From: Podarcis filfolensis | Taxonomy: Eukaryota | Strand: one strand, 5' to 3' | Assembly: GCA_964270895.1 (NCBI GenBank) | Contig: OZ185436.1 | DNA length: 64,000 bases | Shown: positions 54,101-64,000 of the stretch, piece by piece | Layout: the number at the start of each line of letters is the position of its first letter | Position numbering within the stretch: the first letter of the stretch is position 1 | Program-made: the position numbers and the translations under genes | Notes under the pieces: generated by a model | The model's database searches: none | Told to the model about the DNA's origin: nothing | Seen by the model: the letters and a program-made list of their open reading frames with translations, nothing else

Positions 54101-56639
54101 ACACCCTCCCAATGCAGCTGTGCCCTTTCTTTTTCTTTCATGGTAACGACAACTCCACCAGTTGTGGGTGGTTTCATAGATGTATGGTCTGGGGCACCTT
54201 ATATTGTGGGTAAATTAAAAATGGCAGATAGTCATCATGGATAGGAGCGGAGCTTGGCTCCCCTTCAAAAGAAGCACAGCCACCCATCCACCATTAAAAT
54301 GGCTTTCCAGAGGTCCAGTGAAGAAGGTGGCAAGGCAGCACAACAGGATTGGGCCAGATGGGGGGGCCCCTTCTGGGCCTCTGGGGTCCTTGGCCAGTGC
54401 CTGTCCTGGGCAATTGCCTGCGCTGGGCCTGAACGCAGAGCATTACTTAACCAGTGATACATCATCATGTGTTTCCACACAGCCCCAACTTAGAAGTACC
54501 TTGGTTTAAGAACAGCTTAGTTTATGAACAACTTGGAACGCTGCAAACCTGGAAGTACCGTAGGTGTTTTAGTTTGCCTTGGAAGCAGAATATGTTTCGT
54601 TTCCTGTTGAGTGTGTTCCATTTGTAAATTGAGTCCCCTGCTGCTATGGGAAAGCACGCCTTGGTTTAAGAACAGACTTCTGGAAAGGATTAAGTTCGTA
54701 AACCAAGGTACCACTGTAATGCACAGCATGAAGACATCACGACACGAAGTGGCTAGAAACTGTTACAGGTGTGCTTGTGGAGGAGAACTCAACACAGTGT
54801 TGCTCTTTGTGCCGGCGGCTCCAAGTCCCTTGCATTGGTTTGGATCTGAAGGATGTGAGTGGAAGGCACTTCCTCTCATACAAGGGGGCACCTGCAATTT
54901 CTGCAGGCTTCCCTCTTCACCTGCACTTCCCCATCCTACATCTCATTCAGCTTTCCAGGGGCACAGGGGGCTGAAATGATGGGAGGGAAGCAGCAAATTT
55001 GCATTAACCTGAGAACTCCCACAGTTGGTTGGATCCAGCCCAATGCACAGCCCCACTAGCCTCAAGCAAGCCAGGGTGTGAGAGCCACTCACAGGCAATG
55101 CTCTCCCAGCTGGGGTTCATTTGCAAGTGTAAATCTAGTAATTAGTTGGGGAAAGCCTTGTAGCTCCAATTAACCTGGCAAGCTTTAGGCTGGGGGGGGG
55201 GGAAAGATTGCTCACCCTTAGCACAAAGACCACCCAAGCCCAGTATTCTCACTTCCAGCTGCAGTTCATCCACTATTTCTTGGCCTTTCTACGCAAGGCA
55301 CAAAGGTTTAGCCCTACAACGTTTTTCAGAACGTAGCTGCTGAAGGAGGCTGCTGAAAGGTACTGCCAGAAAGGGTTGCCCACCTGGGTGCAATTCCTTG
55401 GCCAGGACCACTTATTTTCAGCGGCAGACCTAAGCACTTGAAGAGTGATTCCACAGGGCTGTTTACTGTGCACTTGGCACTGTTCACATGTGCAACTTCT
55501 GTGCCGCATCCAGTTGATATTTGAGCCATATCCACTGTTTCCAGAGGGTGGATGAGATCACGGAATGGCGTTTTGATGAAGATGGCATCCTGTGGATGCC
55601 ACAAAGAAGGGCATGCATGAACAGCACCGGGTCGCCAGTGAGCTGCCATGTGCTCTCCAAGTCCCTTCCAGTATGAATCTTGTGACTGGAAGAGTTGGGA
55701 ATGTGCTTAATACGATAATCCTGTATATGCCTCTTCAGAAGTAACTCCCAGGATGCTCAGTCAGACTTATTGCCAGGTGAGTGTGTATAGGATTGCGGCA
55801 TATGTCTCTTTCCTTATAATCAGCGCAACTTAAAAGTGCTTAACTTTGCCTTGTACTCAAAACATGGAAACATATTTGACTTCTGTTGGCTCACCTCCAT
55901 TAGCTCCCTCCATTAGCTTCTGGGCCTTGTTTAGCTGCTGGCTTCCATATGGATGGTCTACCTGCAGGAACATTGCCCAGTCTACTAGCTTCTGTGCCGT
56001 AAGAGATCTGCTGTGCAGACCTTGGTTTTTTGGGGTGAGGTTTCCTTCTTTATCTCAGTTGAAAACTCGTGGGGCCAAGAGTAGGGCACTCTCAACAGTA
56101 GCACTGCAGCTCTGGATTTCAGAGAGGCCTTCCAACAACTTCTGTACCGGTTGTCTAGGTATGGAACATCTTTATCCTGTACAGTTGTTTGTTACGTTTT
56201 AAACAAATTCTGCATTGCCTTGGCTGCTGTTCTACACTGAGGGACCTAATAATGAAAACAGCAAAAAATGAATGTCTTCCTTGGCAGAAGATGTGAAAAA
56301 CCTGTTTCGACATGTTGTGATACTGACCATTTTACTACTCAAATATGCTCGATGTAGAGAACAGCTTGAGCCCAAAGCCACTTGCCGTCTCTTCAAAGGA
56401 AACGGTGGCTGCAAAAGGGGAACTCTCTGCTGACTTGCAATTCAATGAACGAGGTCTTCATGTTATAGAACCACCGGTTTTTAAAAAGCCTCTTTTCGCT
56501 CATCACAGCAGAAGCAAAACACGGTCTGCCCCTGGGAAGAGTGATTGGCAAAGAGCAATTCATTTGAAACTGCAATTATCTAAGCTAAATGATGCACCCA
56601 TGATGAAAGAAGACCTGTTGTTTGAATTAAGGCCCACTT

Positions 56640-56692
<53 letters not shown>

Positions 56693-57951
56693 AAGGAAAC
56701 CCTACTGAAACAATTTTAACAGTCACACACAGAGAGAGGGAGAGCCTTATTAGTGACACACAGTCTTGAATTTGGACACCGACATGGCCAACCACTTTCC
56801 TGTCCCAAATTTGGGCACCAATGCAATGCTTAAAAAAAGAATGATCCCTCCTTCTGTGATTTCAGCTGTTTCTGAAATAAAAGCCCGCAGCCGAGATTTT
56901 CATACCAATTAGCCACTCAGCAGTGGTCGGACACATTCCCATTAGCAGAATTTATATTAATACTGCCTCCATTAAGCAGTACTCATTAGCATTTGCTCTC
57001 ATTAGGCTAAATGGGTTCCCTGGGAGCCATCCCAATAAAATAGCTGTCCTAATTAAACGGGCATATTGTTACAAAAAGCAATTCTTTCCTCACATCCCCC
57101 CTTTACTTTCCCATGGTGCAGCCACAATGAAACAGCCTCTTCTCATATTAGGAGGCAGTTGATACATTCAGCCAAACCAAAAAGGATTGTTTCTCCTGGA
57201 CTTTCAGTTTCAAAGCTGCTTCTGTGGAGCTGGGGAATGCTTCCAGCTGTGCTATTTTTCTATAAGCGGGGAGCATTCAAGTATTTGGTGCCAACTTACC
57301 ACCTGAAGTGCTGTGGTGCAGGGAAAGCTTTACCTCTGAACTTAGCCATATGTCTCAAGCAAGGCAAGGGAGCTGTTCAGTTGTAGTTAACAGTTGCATC
57401 AAAGGGCAGTGCTAGCAGCTGGCAGTCAACTGTGCACACTGAAGTTTCTGTTTTTGTTTTGTTTAAAGTGAAAACCAAGTGCCAGACAGAAGAATGTGGT
57501 CGGGGTGTCCACCTGGGAAGATTCTGTGCCAAGTGTGATGAAAATGGCGACTATCTGCCTAAGCAATGCCATGGTAGCACTGGCTTTTGCTGGTGCGTCT
57601 ACAAAAATGGCACCATGGTTGAGGGCACTACTAAAGTCCGTGGGCCACTGGACTGCACTGGTAAAGAGCTTCTGTTTCCTATCAAGGGGGAAAGGAGTTA
57701 ATAAGCAAGCAGATGTCCTTTATATTCTTGAATAAACTGGATTGTCTAGAGTTAGGGAGCAACATCTTAATGGCCCAAGTCCTAGGAGCTAATGAGTCTC
57801 TCCCCCCCCCCCACCCCGACCTGGAATTGAGTCCTAAACACAGCCCAAGTGTTTGCACTGCAACAGCCATTGTTACAGCTGTAGCAGTGTTCTTTCCTTT
57901 TTCTAAATAGAAGAGATGAAGTCAGGCAGTGGAGTTTTTTTGGAGATATAG
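42112..57951 (+). CDS. CD74: MHC class II invariant chain (CD74/Ii), p41-like form 259 aa; 195 aa if the Tg exon is skipped
   Basis: join(42112-42176,47479-47654,48896-48972,50604-50666,52811-52906,53642-53711,57469-57660,57911-57951) = 780 nt with consistent phases; DxxxLL N-tail, [27 protein letters not shown] region, trimerisation helix [13 protein letters not shown], Tg type-1 domain. Confidence 0.95.
43455..43515 (-). promoter_or_regulatory. Inverted MHC-II X1-X2-Y enhancer module, copy A
   Basis: Minus strand CCTAGCAACAAGTG (43486-43499), TGACATCA, 21-bp spacer, CTGATTGG (43457-43464). Confidence 0.85.
43735..44670 (-). mobile_element. CR1 LINE 3' fragment interrupted by nested MITEs
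   Basis: atagaatc tail; aaactccaaggaaggagagtccac, gaaagttcttcct, cagaactggacacagta...ggtctgaccaaggcagaatag CR1 3' blocks; inserts at 43848-43937, 43993-44116 and ~44440-44545. Confidence 0.8.
44930..45155 (+). mobile_element. Tc1/mariner (pogo/Tigger-like) MITE
   Basis: TA-flanked cagtggtacctcgggtt...aaggtaccactg; same family as 10372-10612. Confidence 0.9.
45645..45705 (-). promoter_or_regulatory. Inverted MHC-II X1-X2-Y enhancer module, copy B
   Basis: Minus strand CCTAGTAACAAGTG (45676-45689), TGACATCA, 21-bp spacer, TTGATTGG (45647-45654). Confidence 0.8.
46072..46313 (-). mobile_element. Tc1/mariner (pogo/Tigger-like) MITE
   Basis: TA-flanked reverse-orientation copy of the same family. 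Confidence 0.9.
46952..47070. mobile_element. hAT-type MITE
   Basis: 16-bp TIR cagtggcgtagcgtgg / ccacgctacgccactg; perfect 8-bp TSD ctttcccc. Confidence 0.9.
47479..47654 (+). CDS. CD74: CD74 exon 2 (transmembrane)
   Basis: [58 protein letters not shown]. Confidence 0.97.
48515..48769. mobile_element. Tigger-like MITE
   Basis: TA|ccgtatttttcgctctataagac ... gtcttatagagcaaaaaatacgg|TA. Confidence 0.88.
48896..48972 (+). CDS. CD74: CD74 exon 3 (CLIP)
   Basis: [26 protein letters not shown]; tgcag| and |gtaaag. Confidence 0.95.
49760..50470 (-). mobile_element. Possible LTR-like element with nested MITE
   Basis: Minus-strand AATAAA (~49884) and TG/CA-like ends; interrupted by the 50004-50156 MITE; family not identified. 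Confidence 0.3.
50004..50156. mobile_element. hAT-type MITE
   Basis: Ends catgggcatagcc / ggctacgcccagg; perfect 8-bp TSD cagtcatg; relatives at 43993-44116 and ~62930-63040. Confidence 0.85.
50604..50666 (+). CDS. CD74: CD74 exon 4
   Basis: 63 nt, [24 protein letters not shown] sequon. Confidence 0.95.
51330..51934 (-). mobile_element. Solo LTR (same family as 39789-40560)
   Basis: Shared blocks cagttgagcagac, gaggaatcac, ccccacctggccagctagtga, cccaccatgttcatgg, tcctgccagt-catg-ca; minus strand starts TGTCATGG and has TATAAAA; left end unclear. Confidence 0.6.
52811..52906 (+). CDS. CD74: CD74 exon 5
   Basis: 96 nt, [32 protein letters not shown]. Confidence 0.97.
53003..53124 (-). mobile_element. 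tRNA(Lys)-derived SINE with CR1-like 3' tail
   Basis: Minus strand tagagcatgagactcttaatctcagggccatgggttcgagcctcac (tRNA-Lys CTT-like anticodon arm and B box), then gcagggggctggactag...ccttccaactctatgatc CR1 tail. Confidence 0.8.
53642..53711 (+). CDS. CD74: CD74 exon 6
   Basis: [23 protein letters not shown]; donor G|gtatgc. Confidence 0.97.
54497..54717. mobile_element. Tigger-like MITE (one end truncated)
   Basis: gtaccttggttt ... aaaccaaggtaccactg|TA. Confidence 0.7.
56643..56688. repeat. (AT)23 microsatellite
   Basis: Read directly. Confidence 0.95.
57469..57660 (+). CDS. CD74: CD74 exon 6b (thyroglobulin type-1 domain, alternatively spliced in mammals)
   Basis: 192-nt symmetric phase-1 exon: [64 protein letters not shown]. 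Confidence 0.97.
57911..57951 (+). CDS. CD74: CD74 exon 7 (coding part)
   Basis: Polypyrimidine tract + atag|; [13 protein letters not shown]; acidic Ser-Gly GAG-attachment-like motif; donor CAGG|gtgggc after 57956. Confidence 0.7.
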
Positions 57952-58668
57952 GCAGGGTGGGCTGGGGTGCTGCGATTCCCAAGAGTCACAACTGTGTGTG
58001 AACCACATTGACTACTTTACACATCCACCATGCCATCCTTTCGTGAGAAGCTCTTATTACATAGGCAGTGAAGTTAGAGCAATTTTGCACAAAATACTTT
58101 GGTGGCAGGATTTGGGGCATCTGGTTGTGGAGCCAATACTTGTTGCTTCCAAATTCACATTGTTTTTCCTTACTTGGAAGATAAACCCACTTTGATTTCT
58201 GCATGTATGTGTCTTATGTTCCTTGTGGCTTCACTATGGGGATGGTGTTTGGTCAATATTACGAGGCAACTTGATGTGAAAAAATAGCCTTGTTGGTTGC
58301 ACTTAGTCCTGCTTGATGACTGAACTTATGTCATTCTCTTACCACCACCACCACCACCACCCACATCAAGAAAGTGGGAAGACTGTTGTGAACAGTTAAG
58401 GAGGTTTCCCCCTGATATCTGCCCCTGAGTAAGCTTTTTCCAAATGTAACAAGCAAATGCAACAGCCATGGCAAATCATTTAAAACATTATGACCTTACA
58501 GCGCATAAAAATCTCAGAAAACCCAACATCTTCATTTGTGTCATTATCATTATGCCAATCTAACACATTCTCAAGAAACAAAACAAAACTTGGAATTAGT
58601 CAAATGAAAAAAAACCAGAAAAAAATATTGGAATTAGTCACAGCCTATGCAGAAAAAAACTTAAATCG

Positions 58669-58830
58669 TAAGAACATAATAAGAACTGTGCTGGATGAGG
58701 CCAATGGCAGATCTAGCCCAGCACCCTGTTCTCAGAGTGGCCAACCAGATGCCTAAGTAGAATCTGAGTAGAACAGCAATCTCCCTAATGGTGATTCCAC
58801 TCAACTTGCATTCAGAGGGATGGTGCCTCT
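58669..58830 (-). mobile_element. CR1-type 3' fragment (similar pieces at ~59300-59470 and ~38800-38915)
   Basis: taagaacataataagaac...ggccaatggcagatctagcccagcaccctgttctcagagtggccaaccagatgcc pattern. Confidence 0.6.
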
Positions 58831-58957
58831 CAAAAATCATAAAACCAATATATACCTACCTGCCAATAAGTACACAACTTTGCGTCGTTGAATGGACCAA
58901 AGATACAAATCGGTCAGTGCCCATTTGTCAGATTTCAAATGACCTTTCTCTCTACAG

Positions 58958-60360
58958 GCAGTGGAAAATAATATGCCCAAATGTTAATAATTTTGTGTAT
59001 TACTAAAAAATAATAATAAGATAGATGAAAAACAAACGATTGTGCTGCTGGCTGAACATGAGATAGCACAAACTGGTAGGAAGCATCCTAAAGGTGATGT
59101 GGAAACAAGAGGATATCTTAGGGCATTGGAAAGTGCTAATCTCTCTCTCTCTTCCTCCCTTTTCCAGGAAAAGGGCAACTGGTGAACGTGACAGCTGGTG
59201 ATACTGAGAATGTGACAGCTTCTCAGCTGAGCTTCAGTGACTAAATGATTGAGGTAACTTAAGGATTTTGCTGGCTCAAACCAAAGACCTGTCTAAGCCC
59301 ACCATTGTTTTACCCCCATAGTGGCCAACCTGATGTCCATAGGGAACCCACAAGCAGGAGATGAGGATCATAGCACTCTCTCTGTTGTTCCCAGTGACTG
59401 GCAAATCAGAGGCATGGTGCCTCTGATCCTGGAGGGAGCATACAGTCATCATGGCAGGAGCCATTGATCACCTTATCCTCCCTGAAAGTAGCTGGCTTAG
59501 TTCAGGAGAGCCTAGGAGTTCACCTTGAAGGCACCTTTCATTTCGGTGCTGGTGTTCTCAGCTACATACACAAGAGAGCAAGCCAAGTACTTTGTTTTTA
59601 AATGTAGGTGCCTTTTTTAAACAGTCTGTACAGATTGAATGGGCCACACAGTTCCTGCGGTTGGCAAGGCCTTCTATGTGCAGATAGTGGCACATCCAGC
59701 CTCTGCCTATCTTTTTTTAAAGCCTGAAATACAGATATTCTCTAGGTGTCGAAGGCAGAGTGGGTTTTGTGGGGGGGGGGGTGCGTGTGGAAAACGATAG
59801 GTATACAAGCCAAATTAGGATACCTCCCCACCTCAAGGCCTAACAGTTAAAGGCACCATTAACTTTAAGGGGCAGAACAACACAAGTTCTGTGGGGGTTG
59901 GCTTTTTGTGTACTTTCCATCAATTTCTGCCTCTGTATTACTAGGAAACATTTCTGGGGCTTGACACACCTTTCTCATTTCTCTTCTTTCTTCAGGAATG
60001 CCAAGCAAACAAGGCAGGCAGTAGCACCAGCTGCATCAGCTCAAGAAGCCCAGCTTATCTTCTCCAGTTTGCTCTCGTTTTTTGCTTCTGTATTGATTTC
60101 CTGAATTATGTTAGCCGCAACCACTTCTAAAATTCCTAGGCTTAAGCATTATCCTTAATGGAGGAGGGAAAAGTAGGTTGATTAAATATAATAGCTTGCT
60201 GAGCTGAGCCCTGAATTACCTTTTTAGAGAAGTAACCCTTGTACAACCACAGCTTTAGCAGCAAAATGCTTCAAGCAAGAAAGGGTGATGTTTTCCTCAA
60301 TTATTCAGCTCATGCAGAGAGGATCTTTTTTCCCCCTGAATAAACCCTGCAGTGATTCTT
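58958..60360 (+). other. CD74: Probable CD74 last exon / 3' UTR
   Basis: Acceptor cctttctctctacag| at 58957; candidate AATAAA 60339-60344; 3' end uncertain. Confidence 0.45.
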
Positions 60361-60644
60361 GTGGCTAATCAGGCTCCATGAATAGGGGAACATTTACTGA
60401 ATGTATGTGAATAACAATAGGATTCTGAGACAGTAAGCACATCTTCTGCAATGAAATGTCTGTTTCCCTCAAATGGGGGTGGGGGGGGAGAATATAAAAT
60501 TGTTTTCCAAATATATTCTTCAAAGGTTTATTACTCTATGTTTAATTCACTTTACTCTTTCCCCACTGGACTCCTCCTGATTTTAGATAAGTCTTACAAG
60601 AGGTAGAAGATTTCTACTGAACCCTTCATTTATTTGTTCTTTGC

Positions 60645-60880
60645 ATCTTTCTTCTTTGGTGATCACTCATAGCCAAGTAAGGTTGCCTTCCATGAACACA
60701 GTCTTAACAGTGAGTCCGTAAGTGACTGTGGAGACCAATTCTGGATCCACATGTCCTTCCACAGTGAGGACATAGGTTTCCAGGCAGGAGTTGATCACGG
60801 TGAGGGTTTGCCAAATGTGCCTTCCTCTTAGCCCGTTTCTTCTTTTTGCCCTGAGTTTGTGCTGCTTCTTTAAAGGGAAA
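60645..60880 (-). mobile_element. RTE-type LINE 3' fragment
   Basis: (AAG)n-like tail and gatcactc-tagcc-agtaag...ccaattctggatccac...ggagttgatcacggtg...tgccttcctcttagc blocks. Confidence 0.7.
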
Positions 60881-61684
60881 TTATCGAGTGTTCTTTACAT
60901 ATATGGATATGAACTGCTGTCATCCTGAGTCATGCTGGCTGGGGCTGATGGGAATCAGGGTCCTGATGGTCTAGAGGAATGGAGGCATTACCTTATGTAA
61001 GGTTTAAATATAGTTGTGAATCCTGAAACCCCAAATGCTGTACCCTATGGAGTTGGTTGTGTACCCTTTGCATTTGCTAGCATAGCCCTAGAACTTGCTT
61101 TAGTAGAGTTTCTAGCAAGAGAATACTGGAATTGTAGGTAAGGCTATATAAATCTATCTGGGCAAAGAACAGGCTTCTCCCGCATCCAAAGCAAATATAA
61201 GTGAATGTTTCTTCAATTACACAAGCAAGCCAGCAGAGTGGATATGTATTAGTGATAGATGATAGACGAGCACCCACGCTTATGACATACTAATTATACC
61301 CTTTGAATATATGATCATTGCTTTATTAGTGAACTCAAAGATGATTTGAACTGTAAGTCTTTGTAAAGTTAAAAATAAAATAAAAGATAACCTACTAATA
61401 CGGGGCTCTTGTCCATTGAGGTGGATGACTGAGAGAAGACTCCAATTAACTGGTTAACAACCAAAGGGAGAGAAACAGAACATACATTTCCATAAACCTT
61501 CCTGTGAAAACCACGAGGGCTGGAAGCTTGGCTCTCTTTAAGAACAAAACAAACAAACCACAAAGACATGAGCCTGTTCAACACAACATGACAGCTGTGT
61601 GCAGCAGACCAAATCCTTCAGAACTGTTTAGCTGCAGCCAAGAGATTTACACATTTTCAGTTTCCAAATAACACACATGTGCTT

Positions 61685-62472
61685 TTCCCAGTTACTATGG
61701 TTTTATTGTATGCTATTATTTAAAAAAAGAAAGAGAGGGAGAGAAAAGTACAAGAGAAAAAGCCAACCTAGAATCAACAGGGTTTTGTACATATTGAACA
61801 CAATTCCTGGATGGACATTGCAGAGACATAAAACTTCTTCCTTTAATGTAGTATGAAAAGAGGGGGAGGCGATCTTTTCCTTTAAAAAATATAACTCTTA
61901 AGGGTTGGGATGGGGTGAAGGAGGAAGTAGAGATAGCCGTAAAAGTAATTGCTGGATTCAGGATTGAATAATCAAAGGTGTTTGTCTTCCTCACATTCCG
62001 TCAGTTAACAGTAGCTGCATCTTCTCCATTGGCCAAGCAATTGGGGCATGTCTTATTCCCAAGCAAATAGCCAGATCAACTGTTAGCAATGCTTAGCTCT
62101 AAAAGTCACAGTTAAAAATAGTTATAAATACTGGAATCAAGTCTTTGACATTCCCATTTTCTTTTCTTTAAAAATATAAACAAACAGTTTCTTTCCCTTG
62201 AATGCTCCCAGCATATTTTTATTCTTTACTTCGTGCTTTAAGCCACTACATGAAAGGGAGAGAGAGAGAAAGAAAGAACATATTTAAAATTAAAATAAAA
62301 ACTACTGCAAAGGAGGGAAATTCTGCCAATGACAGATTTGTCAATGAGTAGGAAAATAATTTTTCAAATGCATCACAAGCATCTTTTCTCACCCTTGTGT
62401 TAATGAGGTACTATCACTGCTACCAACCACCAGAAAACACCAATGACCCAGCTCCACCCTAGAGCTATTTGA
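61685..62472 (-). other. TCOF1: Probable TCOF1 terminal 3' UTR exon
   Basis: Minus-strand polypyrimidine acceptor near 62460-62474; AATAAA (plus tttatt 61702-61707) followed by a GT/T-rich tract. Confidence 0.45.
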
Positions 62473-63163
62473 CTTTTGCAGAGGAGGAAAAAAGAATAAA
62501 GAACTCAAGGTACTTGAAGATACGATTTATTTCAGGCCTGACACATTCCAAAATAAACCTCCTTCAGAGCACACATTTTTAATGCCATTTCTCACTGAGA
62601 GCCTAACCCACTATAAAACTGCTATCGCTATGGAACTGCATTAAATCCTTATCGGAGTTCTAAGCGGCTTATGCCTGTTTCCCCAACCCTAGTGCCCTCC
62701 AGATGTCTGGACAATTCCCATAAAGTCTGGCCATTGGCAAAACTGACTGGGGCTGATGGGAGTTGGGAGCCCGAAAACATCTGGAGAGCGTCAGGTTGGG
62801 GAAATCTGGTTTATGCTCTTGATAGGAATTTAGAGCCATAAATTAAAAATGCAATTAAAAACAACCCAAAAACCTAGAACAGAATCATCTTCGTATATCT
62901 CTAAACTAAAAGTGATCCTGGAAGGAATAGGCCCAGCTGCCGGGGGTGGGGGGTGCAAGGCGCAGGTGCCCTCCCAGAAATCAATAAAAATACTTAACTG
63001 AGGTTCTGCCCCCCGAACATGAATCCTGGCTACGCCCATGCCAGCTGCCTTGAATGAGAGTATTTCCTGAGCAAAAGGCTCTAGCCAGAGAAAAAGAGCC
63101 ATTGGAATTTGCCAAGTTGACATGAACTAGTTGGCAGAGTACTTTAAAAAGATACTTACCGGC

Positions 63164-63193
63164 TCATGCTGCTCCCTCAAGATCACCAGTTTT
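63164..63193 (-). CDS. TCOF1: Probable TCOF1 (treacle) last coding exon, KTGDLEGAA*
   Basis: 34-nt exon 63160-63193 with acceptor tttctttcag| and donor CCG|gtaagt containing the stop. A short stop-containing penultimate exon and tail-to-tail position next to CD74 match my recollection of mammalian TCOF1; identity by synteny. Confidence 0.55.
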   Translation of the reverse strand, partial: KTGDLEGAA

Positions 63194-64000
63194 CTGAAAG
63201 AAATCCAGAACAATTTAGGTCTGTTGTTGTTTTTACGCCCCCACCGCCCCAAGAACTGGCACTGCCTCCAACGTCCTTGGCTCCCTTCACAGTACAGAGA
63301 ACACAGACCCAGTTTCAGATGGTGAAACAGGTCCTTCCAGTTCTTCCTAGGCTCAGCCACGCATGCAACCATCTTTCCAGCTCCCAATCTCAAATGCTGG
63401 CAAAATAAGACTTAATTCTCTGTTTAAGAAACACAAAGCATGCTGGGAAAGGGCATCTCAAGACTTTAGTGCTCCGGTGCAAAACTTAATTCTGGGGTGG
63501 GTGGGAAGGGTGTCAATCTCAAGCTTGTTTGGACTAATGGAAATTTCAGATTCCCTTGAAGAAATTATGTTAGGTCAGGGCAAAGTGCTCGGTTCAGGCC
63601 CATATTCTGGAGAGTCTGGGCAACAGTCAAAGCACAATAACTCATACTATCCTGTCAGAAGAATTAAGTAGCTCTAGCCTGGCTTTCACCTCACAGCCTA
63701 GTTTAGCTTTTAGGCCATATTCCAGACAACCAAGCAAAAGAAAAACTACTGCTATGCAAGGCTGAACCGAACTGCGTGTGTGTCACACCACCCACCTCAA
63801 GACCCTTAAACTAGTCTGCTGCTCTCAGGTATAGTGGTGAAAGCCACCCTGCCACTTGTGTTGAAGAAATCCCCAGCTGCCAATCAGATCGGCTTCTATA
63901 GATGGAATTGGGAGGAGAGGACGCCATCAAGTGGCAAAATGTCCTGGGAAAGCCCTGATCCGCCCCCCGCCTCTTTTTAAAAAGGGATTGCTCCATGAGG

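Noticed and set aside
56345-56719. 124-aa ORF in CD74 intron 6
   Set aside because: Runs through an (AT)n microsatellite; exon 6 and exon 6b already join in phase without it; no recognisable domain.

Overview
Vertebrate genomic DNA, most likely a squamate (lacertid-like lizard, inferred from BovB/RTE, CR1, L2, a tRNA-Lys-derived SINE and many hAT/Tc-mariner MITEs). Gene order matches the amniote block NDST1(-) / RPS14(+) / CD74(+) / TCOF1(-). Firm calls: complete RPS14 (5 exons, 151 aa) and CD74/invariant chain (8 coding exons including the thyroglobulin type-1 exon). By synteny and architecture only: a CpG-island non-coding first exon at about 5.4-6.8 kb (probably NDST1) and the last coding and UTR exons of TCOF1 at 61.7-63.2 kb. 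Most interesting: (1) a ~700-bp duplication in CD74 intron 1 in which both copies keep an inverted MHC-II X1-X2-Y enhancer with 21-bp spacing, in addition to the promoter module; (2) a chain of more than 20 exon-like segments on the minus strand between ~12 and 29.7 kb, head-to-head with RPS14, which I cannot identify (decayed protein-coding gene or spliced lncRNA); (3) unusual CD74 protein features: 8-Cys Tg domain, atypical CLIP, stop in exon 7. All coordinates were counted by eye, no alignments or searches were run, and repeat family names are recognition-level only.
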